Below, one piece after another: positions 18,701 through 28,992 of a stretch of 64,000 nt of DNA. Positions within the stretch are counted from its first letter, which is position 1, and each line of letters opens with the position of its first letter. A model generated the notes under the pieces. It was not told the DNA's origin. It saw only the letters and a program-made list of their open reading frames with translations, and ran no database searches. Source of the DNA: a virus. A program made the translations under genes and the position numbers. The stretch lies in the IMG/VR virus record IMGVR_UViG_3300040960_001746; one strand, written 5' to 3'.

Positions 18701-20099
18701 GATTATTGAATTCACATCTTTTATCGTCTGTACTATCACCAACATCTACTGGAATGCAGGGTGGTGGCCAACAAGGTGGTTGTTCTGGAACGGGTGGTAA
18801 TCCTAACCCTCCTGGCCCCGATGGTAGTCGTTCAAAATTCCCTACACTTAAATCATCTGTATCCCCACCTAAACCATTTTCTGAATTAGGATCGTCAATC
18901 TCACTTCTAGTCCCAAAACACGGTCCTCTTTGGTATAAATTATTTGACACTAATTGCCAATTAGATGTAGTATAACTAGGGTCCATACTTAATGATGGGT
19001 CAGTTGTTAATGATGGATTCGTAGGTGAAGTTATTAAATATTTAAATCCATTTGCGTAATCATAGTCGTATGTACCTAAACTCCTAGCACAACCGAAAGT
19101 TAGTGGTGGTGGCGGTGGATTATCATCTTTAATACCACCTACATTTAATGCTGCCATAACAACTCCTGCCGTTTCAGGGTCTAAATAACCCTTTAACATA
19201 GAGTATAAACCTAAGATACCGATAACCCAATTTGCGATAGTGTTACCAATTTTTAATAAGTTTTGTTCTCCTTTAGTATCTGTAATTATTTTATTTTGTT
19301 TAAATTGGTTTTCAGTAAACAATGCATTTTTTTCTTCTTGTGTTGTAAATAATTTACTTATCTGTGATTTATTTTTAGTATAAATTATATTTAAAGTAAT
19401 TTTTTGTGAATCAGTTAATGTTAAATTACCAGAATCGTCTGTAATAGATTTAGTTGTCACATTTAATAACTCCGCAGTTCTATTAATCGTATTTTGTGTG
19501 TCGTTATTTTCTAACTGAGATGTTTGTACCGACTCATCAAAACTAACTGTATTATTATAATCAGTAGTTAATCTATTAATATCTTGATTAACCTCATATA
19601 ATTGTGTCTCTAATTCATTAACTAATTCAGTGTTATTTTCAAACTTTGCATTTTTTAATTCTGTTTCTATTCTATTTTTACTTCTACAATCTTCTAATAA
19701 TTGTGAGTAAATTACTTCATCTTTTTGATTTTGTAATGTTTTAGTTTTTATACAATCGTTATATTGTGATTGTTTAGTACCATCGTTTAAATTAATCCCA
19801 CCATAAACTAAATTGTTACAATATGTTGCATAATTAAATGTTCTTAATTCAGTTAGTTTATTTTCATAAACAGTACAATCTAATGGGTTATCAACGTTGG
19901 TTAGTGCTTTTTCTATAATGACATTATCAGAGTTCTTTTGATTAATAGTTTCTTCGATTGCATTAATCTCCTTAGATAAGTCACCTGCCTCAACTCTTAA
20001 CTTATCCAATTCCGACTCCATTTGCGCAGATAATCTGTTAAATAATTTTACATTATTAACTTTTTCTAACGATTTATCTGTTTTATTTTTTCTCATCAT
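15741..20099 (-). CDS. Large Cys-rich, coiled-coil virion structural protein
   Basis: 1452 aa within the baseplate block; coiled coils at both ends; C-terminal LLEQVVPATTIW resembles a wedge-protein motif. Confidence 0.55.
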   Translation of the reverse strand: MMRKNKTDKSLEKVNNVKLFNRLSAQMESELDKLRVEAGDLSKEINAIEETINQKNSDNVIIEKALTNVDNPLDCTVYENKLTELRTFNYATYCNNLVYGGINLNDGTKQSQYNDCIKTKTLQNQKDEVIYSQLLEDCRSKNRIETELKNAKFENNTELVNELETQLYEVNQDINRLTTDYNNTVSFDESVQTSQLENNDTQNTINRTAELLNVTTKSITDDSGNLTLTDSQKITLNIIYTKNKSQISKLFTTQEEKNALFTENQFKQNKIITDTKGEQNLLKIGNTIANWVIGILGLYSMLKGYLDPETAGVVMAALNVGGIKDDNPPPPPLTFGCARSLGTYDYDYANGFKYLITSPTNPSLTTDPSLSMDPSYTTSNWQLVSNNLYQRGPCFGTRSEIDDPNSENGLGGDTDDLSVGNFERLPSGPGGLGLPPVPEQPPCWPPPCIPVDVGDSTDDKRCEFNNPSLFTQSPTGALLYNGKDIPSECCNSNTLPLIGQYNFVNGECLFTSNTVGGGDPEVIDTCCDLVSLQLLQDSLEELQQEIPIIEQKTQECYDNWYNTLVEDYEVYEEENNSYFDSYLDDLKVNFKLFVNNTNVDTQTNIDTGLTYLPYTQSVNPIWEWDPTNGYTGVILEGTEQEIAVIEDGIFNHLSQLNVPYNGEMFEPAWQTFKFTIPECVCDDLRRLYPNKEFFFSIELENYECSLCLLVDNIQVNVSDCQTNRILSINDCMVPQLSCVIDNKKSWVYYDDGVVKQTIYPNGDCNTGSTSNYEIVKLGAQQERLWLDLEYRYTDYDINHSDLILNVKNATFSIDPAKAIECDVFNYWKNIDCDNCPTKCLEDSKTFEDQDDFLFQDCNTYLFEDQSTEHSVVFSGEVLSSGYTLSFNDIVTTGLTFSCSTYTDSLTQSVLSLKNKFYALTSDYIESLDATYYQLLEKGESLDNFYIQENNCGTDTIVINDNSSLNNLFGIITENYDGTISLFETYLYTGSTPYSGGVLSEVLSGTGVTAQTFNQKLSIDQECCESLNDLLNGEGATGLGLGKNYQWDSSNCFCTWKPLDDCDKCKGDCEYCGQKKECVDGFATGDTYSVCINPLDYLDIQPSEINIKAVFDQLVQTNLIDVKSRQTITDYPLLRLFYELYLNASNCGKDLSGKYTYDTMFEFMDKIGDYWLDLLEQVVPATTIWEGCDNSGKIYRNTIFDNNKFNYKRYSLNFIDVEVDCPLSAQTDFSIGSETKHSLVEQKPIYPSSPEITKLKTNILNKELEIALLKKQISVEQSKLCAIRLQDLDTPNLQDLIDAQQSQIDLLNSELDNLNQELIDLNTQLDELENEYLQQQQNYYMNFMSCSGITQNLINAQNNLSGFTQGTTAYETQRNFIAGLRDKYTKCVRKANTLVSDYNTVFITQIYDSNEYEGNVEIFGDPDFDPPEFTKTLPPTQISGFYYNQELIHNCEN

Positions 20100-20107
20100 T
20101 TATTTAT

Positions 20108-23100
20108 TTAACTACATAATGAATTATATTGTCCAATAACATTCATTATCGCACTTTCTAATGTCTTATAATCTGTCAATAATTTAGACCATATACCACA
20201 TTCTAATGGAACTTCTAAATTACATACACTTTGTGTTGTTATATAATTATTATATTGTATGTCACAAGTTGGGAATAATAGAGTTAAATTAAAACATCCC
20301 GATATTTCATTCTCCACATTCGATTTAATAGTTTTATATTTTTCAATGAATTGTAATATTTCTGCAGTATTAAAGTTTAATGACGCCAATAAATCTTGTG
20401 TAGGGTTATTAAATAATTCCCCATAAGTTGTGTTTATCTGTGAAACCCAGTTTTGGTTTGCAGATGCCCATTGTGTTACAGACACAACATTTCCTCCCAT
20501 CGCATTACAACATTCTACGTTTGGTTCTAATACATTAGTGTTTTGCCAAACAATATACTCTTCTGTAACATCCTCTCTATCGTTAAAATTACCTTGTAAT
20601 GTTTGTGATTCATCTACACTATTTGTAAATGCAATGAAGTTTAAACAATTAATATTACTAATTGTGTTATCATGTATAATTGCAGGATTACAAGATATGT
20701 TATCTGCACATTGTATTAGATTATTAGCCTCATATTTTAACATATAATCAAAAGAGAAATCTATTGTACAACTACAATCTTCTAATTCAGGTAATTTAAA
20801 TCCTTGCCAGTTCTCACTTCCAAATACAACTGAAACATTATTTATAACATCACAAGATAGTCTATCTGGATCAACTGCCGCACTAAACACTACGTTAGGG
20901 TTTGTAGAATATGGATTGTCACCTGTGAATGGGATTAAAGTATTACTATTAGGGTCCACCGTAAAATAACCAAATGAATAACCATAGAATTCTGCGACTT
21001 CTTGATAAAGATCACTTAGTTGTTGATCACTATACCAATCCAAAACAAAGTTATTATCATATATAATAGGTTCAAAACTTACTCTACCATATTCATCAAT
21101 TGCTTGTACCTGCCAATTAGAAGGAATCATTAAGTCAGGATCATCTAATATTGCGTTTGGTTGTATTACAATGTTGTTACCACCGTCATTAAAAACAATT
21201 TCTTTAATTATAACCGACTCTTCAAAACAATCTGTAAAAATCTCAGTAGAGTAATAATTATAAACTCCACCAACAGGATTTTGCAAATCATAATATGAAT
21301 TGTTAACTTGTGTATCTATTACTGGAACTGTATACCCATCTAATTTAATATCTGTAGATACTAATTCAGGTGTAGTTAATTCATTACCCTTTATACAAAC
21401 TATATATTCATTTTCACCATCGTTTACTAACTGAAAGTCGTATCCATTATATGCACAACATTCAGGACTGCTTATTATTGTTGTAGATATACCACCCGAA
21501 CACTGATCATCATTTAAAAAAGTGAATATAGTCTCAAATAAAGGTGTTATACTTTGTGTTTGATTTATATAATCTACATATTCCTCATAACTATTAATAT
21601 TTTGTATTTCAGGATATTTACCATAACTTCTAAGACCATCAAAATATGCTTGTTCTTCAAATTGTGGCCTTGTTACCTGTACACATTCACCATTCCACAA
21701 TTGGAATACGTTATTAGGTAACGTATTATTTGTAAATTCCCATACTATTATCCCACTAGGTAATACCTCAATAGGTTTACCAACACAAGGTGCGGATGCG
21801 GAACAATATTCTGTTAATCTCCCAAATTCATTAACATAAGAAACATAATTTGCACCTAAACTTCTACAACACTGTGGGAATCTATCAAAACTAACTTTAT
21901 TACCATCTTCATTAGTATAATAATAAAAGGGTAAACACTCTTGTAAGGTTAAATTATCACAACTATACTCAACAGTCTCTACCTCTACCTCACTTAAACA
22001 AATCTCCAAAGTTTTATTAGTATCACAATCTTCAGTAGAGATTTCATTTAAACAATTTTTTAATGATAATTCATAATTATTTTTAATAATCTGCCATTCT
22101 GGAGAATAAACTAAATAACTATCTTTTTGTATTAACTCTAAAAATGCATTATATTCTGCTTCCGCCTCTGCAAATGCTTGTTGTAATGTCGTCTTTCCAT
22201 CATTTTGTAACGGAGTTTCAATAATAGAGTAATTAACATTCAAACAATTATCTATAGGTTGGTAATTATTTGTATTACTATTGTATGTTAATTGTGTAGT
22301 ATAGAATGTCGTTCCTGTAGGAATACCATTAAAAATACCATAATTATAATTTACAAAATAATTTTGTCTTATAGTGTCTGCAGTTATAACTACGGTAGGT
22401 TCATTATCGAAATTAGGTATATAACATCTACTAAAATATTGTAAATATTCACTTCCTCCATCATAAGGCCCAACATGTGGATTATTACCATTTAATACTG
22501 TTAATACATTACTACCATAAGTTTCTCTATACCAACCACCCGCTTTTTGGAAATACATATCTGTAATACCATTCTCTACAACTTCTCCAGTTTCGGGATC
22601 AATAAAGTTACTAATTACTAAGTCACCATTAACTGGTGGTAATGGGAACCCATCATCATCATAAGGTATATTAGACAAATCAACTTCACCAGTATAAATG
22701 TATAACAACCTTTTTATTTCTTCGATGTCTAATGGTTTATCTACAACTACAATATATTCATTAAAATTAACTAATGACTCAGGCGCACCAATAAATCTAA
22801 ATAAAAACTCAACCGCTTTCCTACTACCCTTACTTTTCCATAACCAAGCAATATTAAGTATCAATCTTCTATATAACTCAACATCAATTTGTTCTTGTGT
22901 AAGATTTGTTGATGTTCCACTAAATTGTCCGCCACCATTACTCGGTAAGTATAGTTTAGAAAATGATGTGTCACTAATAAAATTAATCGGCTCTAACCCT
23001 AACATAAATGCTAGATCCTTCACTAAAACGTCAGGTAAATTATTTCTTTTATTATATGTTACAACATGTGCAAACTTAATACCATTAATATATTTTTTAA

Positions 23101-24286
23101 CGTAATCAAATTCAACACCATATATCCTAACCAATTTAGTCGCCTTTTCACCATTTAAAGTTAAATCTTCACCGTCTGCCTTTGGTAAGGTATCAAAACT
23201 ATTTATTGCTTCAGTAGTATATTTTCTAAATATTATATCAGTATTTGTTTGATCTAACCCCTCACCCAATTTCGTCAATTTAGTAAGGTAAGCAATATAA
23301 AAGGTGTCGAAGAAATTAAGGTTATACCCATCATCCATTAAAGGGAAATCGTATACTTTTTTACTAGTTAATAATACACCATCATCAGTATAATTACTAC
23401 TGATAATCTCTGCTCTGTATATTGGAGTAATATTTCTATTTAATATTGTTCTCTGAAAATCATCTAACCCACTAAAGAACTTCTCAATTTCAGACTCATT
23501 AGGTTTTATAAAATAAGGGATAGAGGCATCTACATTGTTACTTAAAAAGCTATATTGTGGTATATAGATACCTGTAAGTTCAGGAAATGGATTACCGTCT
23601 ACAACCAAAGTTAACTCCGAATTAGTTTTTTGTGTAGCTGGTGTTATACTTTTAATATTTTTTACTATTCCATTGTGTTCTATAACATATGACCCATATT
23701 TTAAAGTAAAATTCCTTAAAGGATTTTCTTCACTATTTGTCGCAACATACTTAGAATCTTCAGTATATTTTATAGCATATGGATTATTAAAGAAATTACT
23801 ATTAACTTTAAATGTTGATTCGTCACTAGATATATCATAAACATAATCAGTAATATTATTACCTGTAACACTACCAACTTTATTATCTACGTATATTGCG
23901 GCTGGCCAATTCTCCTGTATATCTAATAAAGATGCTCTAATCATCTCGCTAGAAGAACCATACCATATATAACTCAAAGGATTTGTAATGTCTATATTAA
24001 GTTTAGCCTTAACATTACTTTGAATAGTTGATTGTGTGTCACCAGATGTACTAATATCATCTAAAGTAAAAAATTTAGATTTAGTACCTTGAGTAAATAA
24101 GACATTTGGTTTTGGATCTAAATTAACAGATATCGAAAAGTTACCATTGGTAAATAATGTAGTACCCCCCTCACTAGTAAGTTGGAATCCTACTAAATCA
24201 GGACTGAAGTTCCTATACTCAATGTTATCATTGAAGAATATTCTTTTTGCGTATCCCGCAATTTTTATTCTGTTATTATTTGCCAT
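20108..24286 (-). CDS. Baseplate wedge-like protein (P2 gpI / T4 gp7-type motif)
   Basis: L..LAFMLG...YRRLILNIAWLWKSKGSRKAVEFLFRFIG matches the KG(T/S)..A+ motif of gpI-like proteins. Confidence 0.6.
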   Translation of the reverse strand: MANNNRIKIAGYAKRIFFNDNIEYRNFSPDLVGFQLTSEGGTTLFTNGNFSISVNLDPKPNVLFTQGTKSKFFTLDDISTSGDTQSTIQSNVKAKLNIDITNPLSYIWYGSSSEMIRASLLDIQENWPAAIYVDNKVGSVTGNNITDYVYDISSDESTFKVNSNFFNNPYAIKYTEDSKYVATNSEENPLRNFTLKYGSYVIEHNGIVKNIKSITPATQKTNSELTLVVDGNPFPELTGIYIPQYSFLSNNVDASIPYFIKPNESEIEKFFSGLDDFQRTILNRNITPIYRAEIISSNYTDDGVLLTSKKVYDFPLMDDGYNLNFFDTFYIAYLTKLTKLGEGLDQTNTDIIFRKYTTEAINSFDTLPKADGEDLTLNGEKATKLVRIYGVEFDYVKKYINGIKFAHVVTYNKRNNLPDVLVKDLAFMLGLEPINFISDTSFSKLYLPSNGGGQFSGTSTNLTQEQIDVELYRRLILNIAWLWKSKGSRKAVEFLFRFIGAPESLVNFNEYIVVVDKPLDIEEIKRLLYIYTGEVDLSNIPYDDDGFPLPPVNGDLVISNFIDPETGEVVENGITDMYFQKAGGWYRETYGSNVLTVLNGNNPHVGPYDGGSEYLQYFSRCYIPNFDNEPTVVITADTIRQNYFVNYNYGIFNGIPTGTTFYTTQLTYNSNTNNYQPIDNCLNVNYSIIETPLQNDGKTTLQQAFAEAEAEYNAFLELIQKDSYLVYSPEWQIIKNNYELSLKNCLNEISTEDCDTNKTLEICLSEVEVETVEYSCDNLTLQECLPFYYYTNEDGNKVSFDRFPQCCRSLGANYVSYVNEFGRLTEYCSASAPCVGKPIEVLPSGIIVWEFTNNTLPNNVFQLWNGECVQVTRPQFEEQAYFDGLRSYGKYPEIQNINSYEEYVDYINQTQSITPLFETIFTFLNDDQCSGGISTTIISSPECCAYNGYDFQLVNDGENEYIVCIKGNELTTPELVSTDIKLDGYTVPVIDTQVNNSYYDLQNPVGGVYNYYSTEIFTDCFEESVIIKEIVFNDGGNNIVIQPNAILDDPDLMIPSNWQVQAIDEYGRVSFEPIIYDNNFVLDWYSDQQLSDLYQEVAEFYGYSFGYFTVDPNSNTLIPFTGDNPYSTNPNVVFSAAVDPDRLSCDVINNVSVVFGSENWQGFKLPELEDCSCTIDFSFDYMLKYEANNLIQCADNISCNPAIIHDNTISNINCLNFIAFTNSVDESQTLQGNFNDREDVTEEYIVWQNTNVLEPNVECCNAMGGNVVSVTQWASANQNWVSQINTTYGELFNNPTQDLLASLNFNTAEILQFIEKYKTIKSNVENEISGCFNLTLLFPTCDIQYNNYITTQSVCNLEVPLECGIWSKLLTDYKTLESAIMNVIGQYNSLCS

Positions 24287-24294
24287 TTATCTCT

Positions 24295-25197
24295 TTAAAA
24301 GTCAGTTATATCATCAAAATCTTTAGTTGGGTCAATAGTAAACTTCTGTTCCCTCACTTCAAACAATGGTTTACCAGTAAACTGATCTTTAACTTCATAT
24401 AAGTTATATTGTCTGTATATTTGGTTACCAAAGTTGTATATAGTATAAATACCATCTTCTAAAGATTTTGTTTGGTTAGAGAACAATGCATATGCTAAAG
24501 TTTCATCATCGAACTCAACCATTTCAATTTCTAACATAACAGGGTCGAAAAATGTATTTGTAATAATAACCTCTTGTTGTGGGTTACCAATGAATGGTAT
24601 CGCATTAGGTTTTATTGATGGTGCCGATGAAGGAGATACCGTACAAAAAACACTTGTGGAGTTATCATTAAATGTGTATGCAACAGATGCGTTAGAGTTT
24701 CCTTGATTTTGTGTAACTGGCAATGCCCTATTATTAGAGGTTATGATTCTAAATAAATTTTGTATTTTATCTTGTCCAGTACCAGTTTCTTCTTTAAGAT
24801 ACTCAACTCTATAACCAACTAAATTACCATTTTCAAATCTATTTTGTAAATCTAAAGGTATCTGATTTATGTCAAATACAATTCCTTTTACATCTTGATT
24901 ATCAATTAAAACACTACAGTCTTGTATTGTAGTTCTAATTTGTCTAGGTCTAATTATAATATTGAAAAATCCCTTTGCTCCAAAAACATTAGTCGGTAAT
25001 TTTAACGTATATAGCCCACCGAATATCTCATTTGTGTTGTTTGGGTTAGATGCAGGTATTAATACCTCCGCAGGATCTAAAGGCGTTAATTGTACATCTG
25101 TTATTAATTCCCTATTAGGGGTATAACTATAAAATATCTCAACATCGTTTATTGATACGTCTGCTGGTCTTATTGTTCCATAATTTCCTGTTGCCAT
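24295..25197 (-). CDS. Putative virion structural protein
   Basis: 300-aa ORF in the baseplate block. Confidence 0.55.
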   Translation of the reverse strand: MATGNYGTIRPADVSINDVEIFYSYTPNRELITDVQLTPLDPAEVLIPASNPNNTNEIFGGLYTLKLPTNVFGAKGFFNIIIRPRQIRTTIQDCSVLIDNQDVKGIVFDINQIPLDLQNRFENGNLVGYRVEYLKEETGTGQDKIQNLFRIITSNNRALPVTQNQGNSNASVAYTFNDNSTSVFCTVSPSSAPSIKPNAIPFIGNPQQEVIITNTFFDPVMLEIEMVEFDDETLAYALFSNQTKSLEDGIYTIYNFGNQIYRQYNLYEVKDQFTGKPLFEVREQKFTIDPTKDFDDITDF

Positions 25198-25207
25198 AAC
25201 TTTTTTT

Positions 25208-26083
25208 TTAAATTCTTATAAATCCACCTCTATTTGTGTCAATATCATTAGTTGTTTTTATTTCCGACAATAATGCATGTCTCTCAAATATATCTGCAAT
25301 ACCCCTATTAATAAATACTACACTATCAACTTCTGGTTTAAAAACAACCCCTAAATATTCTTCTTTTTTTGTTGTCGCACTTAATGATGTATTAAATTCA
25401 TCCCATCCACCATTACCTGTTTCAAAAATTGTAGTTTTATAAGATGTATTTTTACCAAAATCATCAACTTTTTTAGTATATTTATTTTTAAATGTAGTGT
25501 ATTTTATTCCAGTATTATTTATATCATTAACATTTGCGCCGATTTTATATATGGTTTTTTCTATATCTTCAGAAATAACACCATTAAAAATATTTGTAGT
25601 ATCATCAGAAGTATTAAGATTAGGTACGTATATATCATCACCCGAAACATCTTTTCGATATGATTTAACTTGACTTAACAAACTGTCATCTGTATATCCC
25701 GATATATTAATATTATCTTTATAATAAAATTCTACAGGTGCACCTGCCAATCTCCCATATGTAAACGAATTAAATCCTTGTGGTTTTGTAGTTAGAGTTT
25801 CTGTTTTTGGGGTATATGGGTTATCAGTAAAAATACCCATATCGTCTATTTTTTGTGTAATAAATAGACTAACATCTATAGTATTAGGTATTTTTTGCCC
25901 AAATGCGTTTAGTTTGAAATTACCTTCTTTGTCGATTTTAAATTCAGGAATAGTACCATAATAATATTTGGGGTTACTCTCATCAATAACAGTTTTACCC
26001 TCAGAATTTTTTATAAGAACACTTTTCGGTATAGACCTAATAGTGAAATTCTCTAAATTTATTTTTTTTCTAATATATTTCAT
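25208..26083 (-). CDS. Putative virion structural protein
   Basis: 291-aa ORF in the baseplate block. Confidence 0.55.
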   Translation of the reverse strand: MKYIRKKINLENFTIRSIPKSVLIKNSEGKTVIDESNPKYYYGTIPEFKIDKEGNFKLNAFGQKIPNTIDVSLFITQKIDDMGIFTDNPYTPKTETLTTKPQGFNSFTYGRLAGAPVEFYYKDNINISGYTDDSLLSQVKSYRKDVSGDDIYVPNLNTSDDTTNIFNGVISEDIEKTIYKIGANVNDINNTGIKYTTFKNKYTKKVDDFGKNTSYKTTIFETGNGGWDEFNTSLSATTKKEEYLGVVFKPEVDSVVFINRGIADIFERHALLSEIKTTNDIDTNRGGFIRI

Positions 26084-26091
26084 AACTTAAA

Positions 26092-26099
26092 TATAAATA
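26092..26099 (-). promoter_or_regulatory. Putative late-promoter motif TATTTATA
   Basis: Sits in an 18-nt intergenic gap upstream of the ATG at 26083. Confidence 0.55.
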
Positions 26100-26101
26100 C
26101 A

Positions 26102-26986
26102 TTAAATTGTAGTTTGCCAAAATGTTAAAGTAGGTATACCACCACCACTAGGGTTTAAATTAACTCCAGATGGTATTGAGGATTGTCTACTATTAGGTGA
26201 AAATCTATATTTATATACACCATTATCATTTCTTAAAATTATTTTTAAGTACAATATCCCATTTTCCCCTTCTAAATTACTTATTGTTATGTTATTGGGA
26301 TCAAAATCTTTTGATGGGGCTAATTCATAAACCCTACCATTAGATGCGTTGTTAAATTGTACTACACCATAAACCTCATATTCTTGATTTGGTGCATTAT
26401 CCACTAAGTCTTTGAACCAATAAATATGAAATCCTTCATGAACCTCTTCAGGTTGTCTCACAGGATCCCCCAAAATAAATGTTATAGGACATTCATCTAT
26501 CGGTAATGTAAATCCAAATTGGTTCTCTTGTTCTTCACCAACTTGCGTATAAATGTCTGAAAATGTTAGTAATTCATTTTGTCCACTATTAGGTGTATCA
26601 TATAAAGAGAAACGAATAAAACTATTTATAAATCTATTTGTTCTACAAAAAACATCATCAAATATAAAATTAATGTCTTCATATACGCCAGGCTCTGCAC
26701 CACTACCTCGATGTTGTGGGGAACCTAAATTAATACTTGCAGGTGTATAAAAATTAAGGTTAATCTTAAATTTATCTATTAGATTACCAAACTCATCTTC
26801 AGGTTTAAATATTACTTTTTTGTAATCAACAATAGGGTTTATAGATTTTTCTATCTCATCTTTTACAAATTTATCTTCTATTAATTCTGCGTTATCCACA
26901 GGAAAGAAATTCGTTTTAAGTGGGATATCTATAGTAGTGCCAGTACCAAGATTACCTATCAATATTTTTCTTCTATCAACAAACAT
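26102..26986 (-). CDS. Putative virion structural protein
   Basis: 294-aa ORF in the baseplate block. Confidence 0.55.
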   Translation of the reverse strand: MFVDRRKILIGNLGTGTTIDIPLKTNFFPVDNAELIEDKFVKDEIEKSINPIVDYKKVIFKPEDEFGNLIDKFKINLNFYTPASINLGSPQHRGSGAEPGVYEDINFIFDDVFCRTNRFINSFIRFSLYDTPNSGQNELLTFSDIYTQVGEEQENQFGFTLPIDECPITFILGDPVRQPEEVHEGFHIYWFKDLVDNAPNQEYEVYGVVQFNNASNGRVYELAPSKDFDPNNITISNLEGENGILYLKIILRNDNGVYKYRFSPNSRQSSIPSGVNLNPSGGGIPTLTFWQTTI

Positions 26987-28988
26987 CGTCTATTTCATTT
27001 TGATCTAACGTAGAGAAATCAACACAACCACCCGCAATATCTCTCTTACCTAATTCATATTCACCACTATAATCCGCTAATGTAACTTCTAAATCTAAAT
27101 CAGATATCCCATTATAGTTTACTATGTTATATACACCATCCACACCACTACTACCAATTAATGAAGATATTTGTGGTCCACTAACAAACGTATATTTCAA
27201 AAATGTTGGGTCACTTAAAAGTTTTAAGAATTTATCCTGTTGGATATTTCCCACATCAGACGCACCTAATGTTATATCTTCTGATATTAATAAAAAATCA
27301 CATGGCGGATCTTGTCTCTCTAAGTAAAAACGTTTATCCAAATATATATAATGTGCACCACTCTCAAATGGGTAATCAACTCCACCACCACTACTATCTA
27401 CAAATCCAATATCTAATAAATCTCTCCATTTATAGACATTAGTTGCAATCTCAGTGGCATAATCAGGTATCTGAAATGATTTTCGTAATTCCACAATATC
27501 TATTGGGTTCGTAATGTTAAATTTATCAATTATTGATTGTAGATTTACTAAAGGATTTATATAGTTCGAATACTCTCTTATTTGTATTAAATTAAATGGT
27601 GTATAAATATAACCCTCATTTTTATTCTCTTTATTACTATCAATAGAATTTAAAAACTCTCTATATATAGTATTAATTCTATGATAAACAACCTCTAATC
27701 TTCTTTCTAATAATTCATTTTCATTATATTCTACAATATCACCATCAAAAAAATCATCGGATTCATCTATGTTTTCATAATATAAAGAACCGACATAGTT
27801 AGGATCTTTATATGAACGTATATTATAATTAATGTTCACATCATTTTCTAAATCATACCCACCCGATATAGGAGTCCAAAATCTTGTGTTAATTGTACTA
27901 CTTAAATTTTGTTGTTGTTCTAACCAGTACTGCGAGTTAACAGATGTTGGATCACTATCATTGTCATTTTTTATAATTGTTAGGTATAATTCACTTAATG
28001 GTCTACCTAAATTATCTACAAGGTTCTTCACATTAACATCAGTCTTAAAATTAAATGCTGCAACATCATCATTAAAATATGTTACACCATACGCCGCAGG
28101 ATATAAATCATAGTCTTTATAATCTATCGTTAAAGATTTAAATCTCCTAACATAATATTCTGATGGTTTATCTTTTACAACTCTTTTAACTGTTGATGTT
28201 CCTAAGTTAAACCCTATCTCTGAAGGATCAATATCAATGATAAAAGTTCTTAATTTTTTATTGTTAGTTTGATTACCTAACTTAAATACCCTATAAAATT
28301 TATCATCTAAATTAAGTGTGTTATTCGCAGTTAAATCAATAAAATTATTTAATTGTATCTTATCACCTTGATTTAAACCATGATTCATTGCAGTTCTAAA
28401 CCCAACATACATTCTACCATTAATCTCAATCTCAAATTGTTCAATAATAGGTATACCATCTTTTAATGTTATTCCTAAATTATTTTTAACTATTTGTATA
28501 TCCTTTTTTTCAAAAGGATAAGTAATCTTTAAAAGGTAGTTTTGTTTACCATCACTATCTAACATTCTTAATCTATCATATCCAGGATCAAAAGGGAAAA
28601 AATCACATAACGCACTTTTATTATCATTAAATTGTAACGCATCTTCATCTGGTTCATCATTATAATATCCTACCCAACCGTCCTTTTCGAAAATTCCCGC
28701 ACTTAAAATTGTTTTAGTTTTTATATTGTTTTGGTTGTCTTCGTAAATTTTAATGTTTTCATTGAATATAGGATTACTAATAACAGGTTTAATCACACCA
28801 TAAAATCTATATATTGTACTTTCTTTTCTTTCTTTTTCGAATTGTTCAAATTGACTGACAGTAGTATCAATATCATTTAGTGGTATTGGTTTATTAGTAT
28901 TCTCCAAACCTAATTGTATCTGTGTAGTCACATTAACATTGTCTGGTAACTTTACACTATTTAATAATATTTTATTTGTTTTTTCCAT
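26976..28988 (-). CDS. Putative virion structural protein
   Basis: 670-aa ORF; NHGLNQGDKIQL beta-barrel motif common in tail and baseplate proteins. Confidence 0.55.
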   Translation of the reverse strand: MEKTNKILLNSVKLPDNVNVTTQIQLGLENTNKPIPLNDIDTTVSQFEQFEKERKESTIYRFYGVIKPVISNPIFNENIKIYEDNQNNIKTKTILSAGIFEKDGWVGYYNDEPDEDALQFNDNKSALCDFFPFDPGYDRLRMLDSDGKQNYLLKITYPFEKKDIQIVKNNLGITLKDGIPIIEQFEIEINGRMYVGFRTAMNHGLNQGDKIQLNNFIDLTANNTLNLDDKFYRVFKLGNQTNNKKLRTFIIDIDPSEIGFNLGTSTVKRVVKDKPSEYYVRRFKSLTIDYKDYDLYPAAYGVTYFNDDVAAFNFKTDVNVKNLVDNLGRPLSELYLTIIKNDNDSDPTSVNSQYWLEQQQNLSSTINTRFWTPISGGYDLENDVNINYNIRSYKDPNYVGSLYYENIDESDDFFDGDIVEYNENELLERRLEVVYHRINTIYREFLNSIDSNKENKNEGYIYTPFNLIQIREYSNYINPLVNLQSIIDKFNITNPIDIVELRKSFQIPDYATEIATNVYKWRDLLDIGFVDSSGGGVDYPFESGAHYIYLDKRFYLERQDPPCDFLLISEDITLGASDVGNIQQDKFLKLLSDPTFLKYTFVSGPQISSLIGSSGVDGVYNIVNYNGISDLDLEVTLADYSGEYELGKRDIAGGCVDFSTLDQNEIDDVC

Positions 28989-28992
28989 TATA

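Noticed and set aside
20099-20110. Readthrough or frameshift joining the 1392-aa and 1452-aa genes
   Set aside because: An 8-nt gap, an A-rich leader and ATGATG support an independent start, and no slippery site is evident
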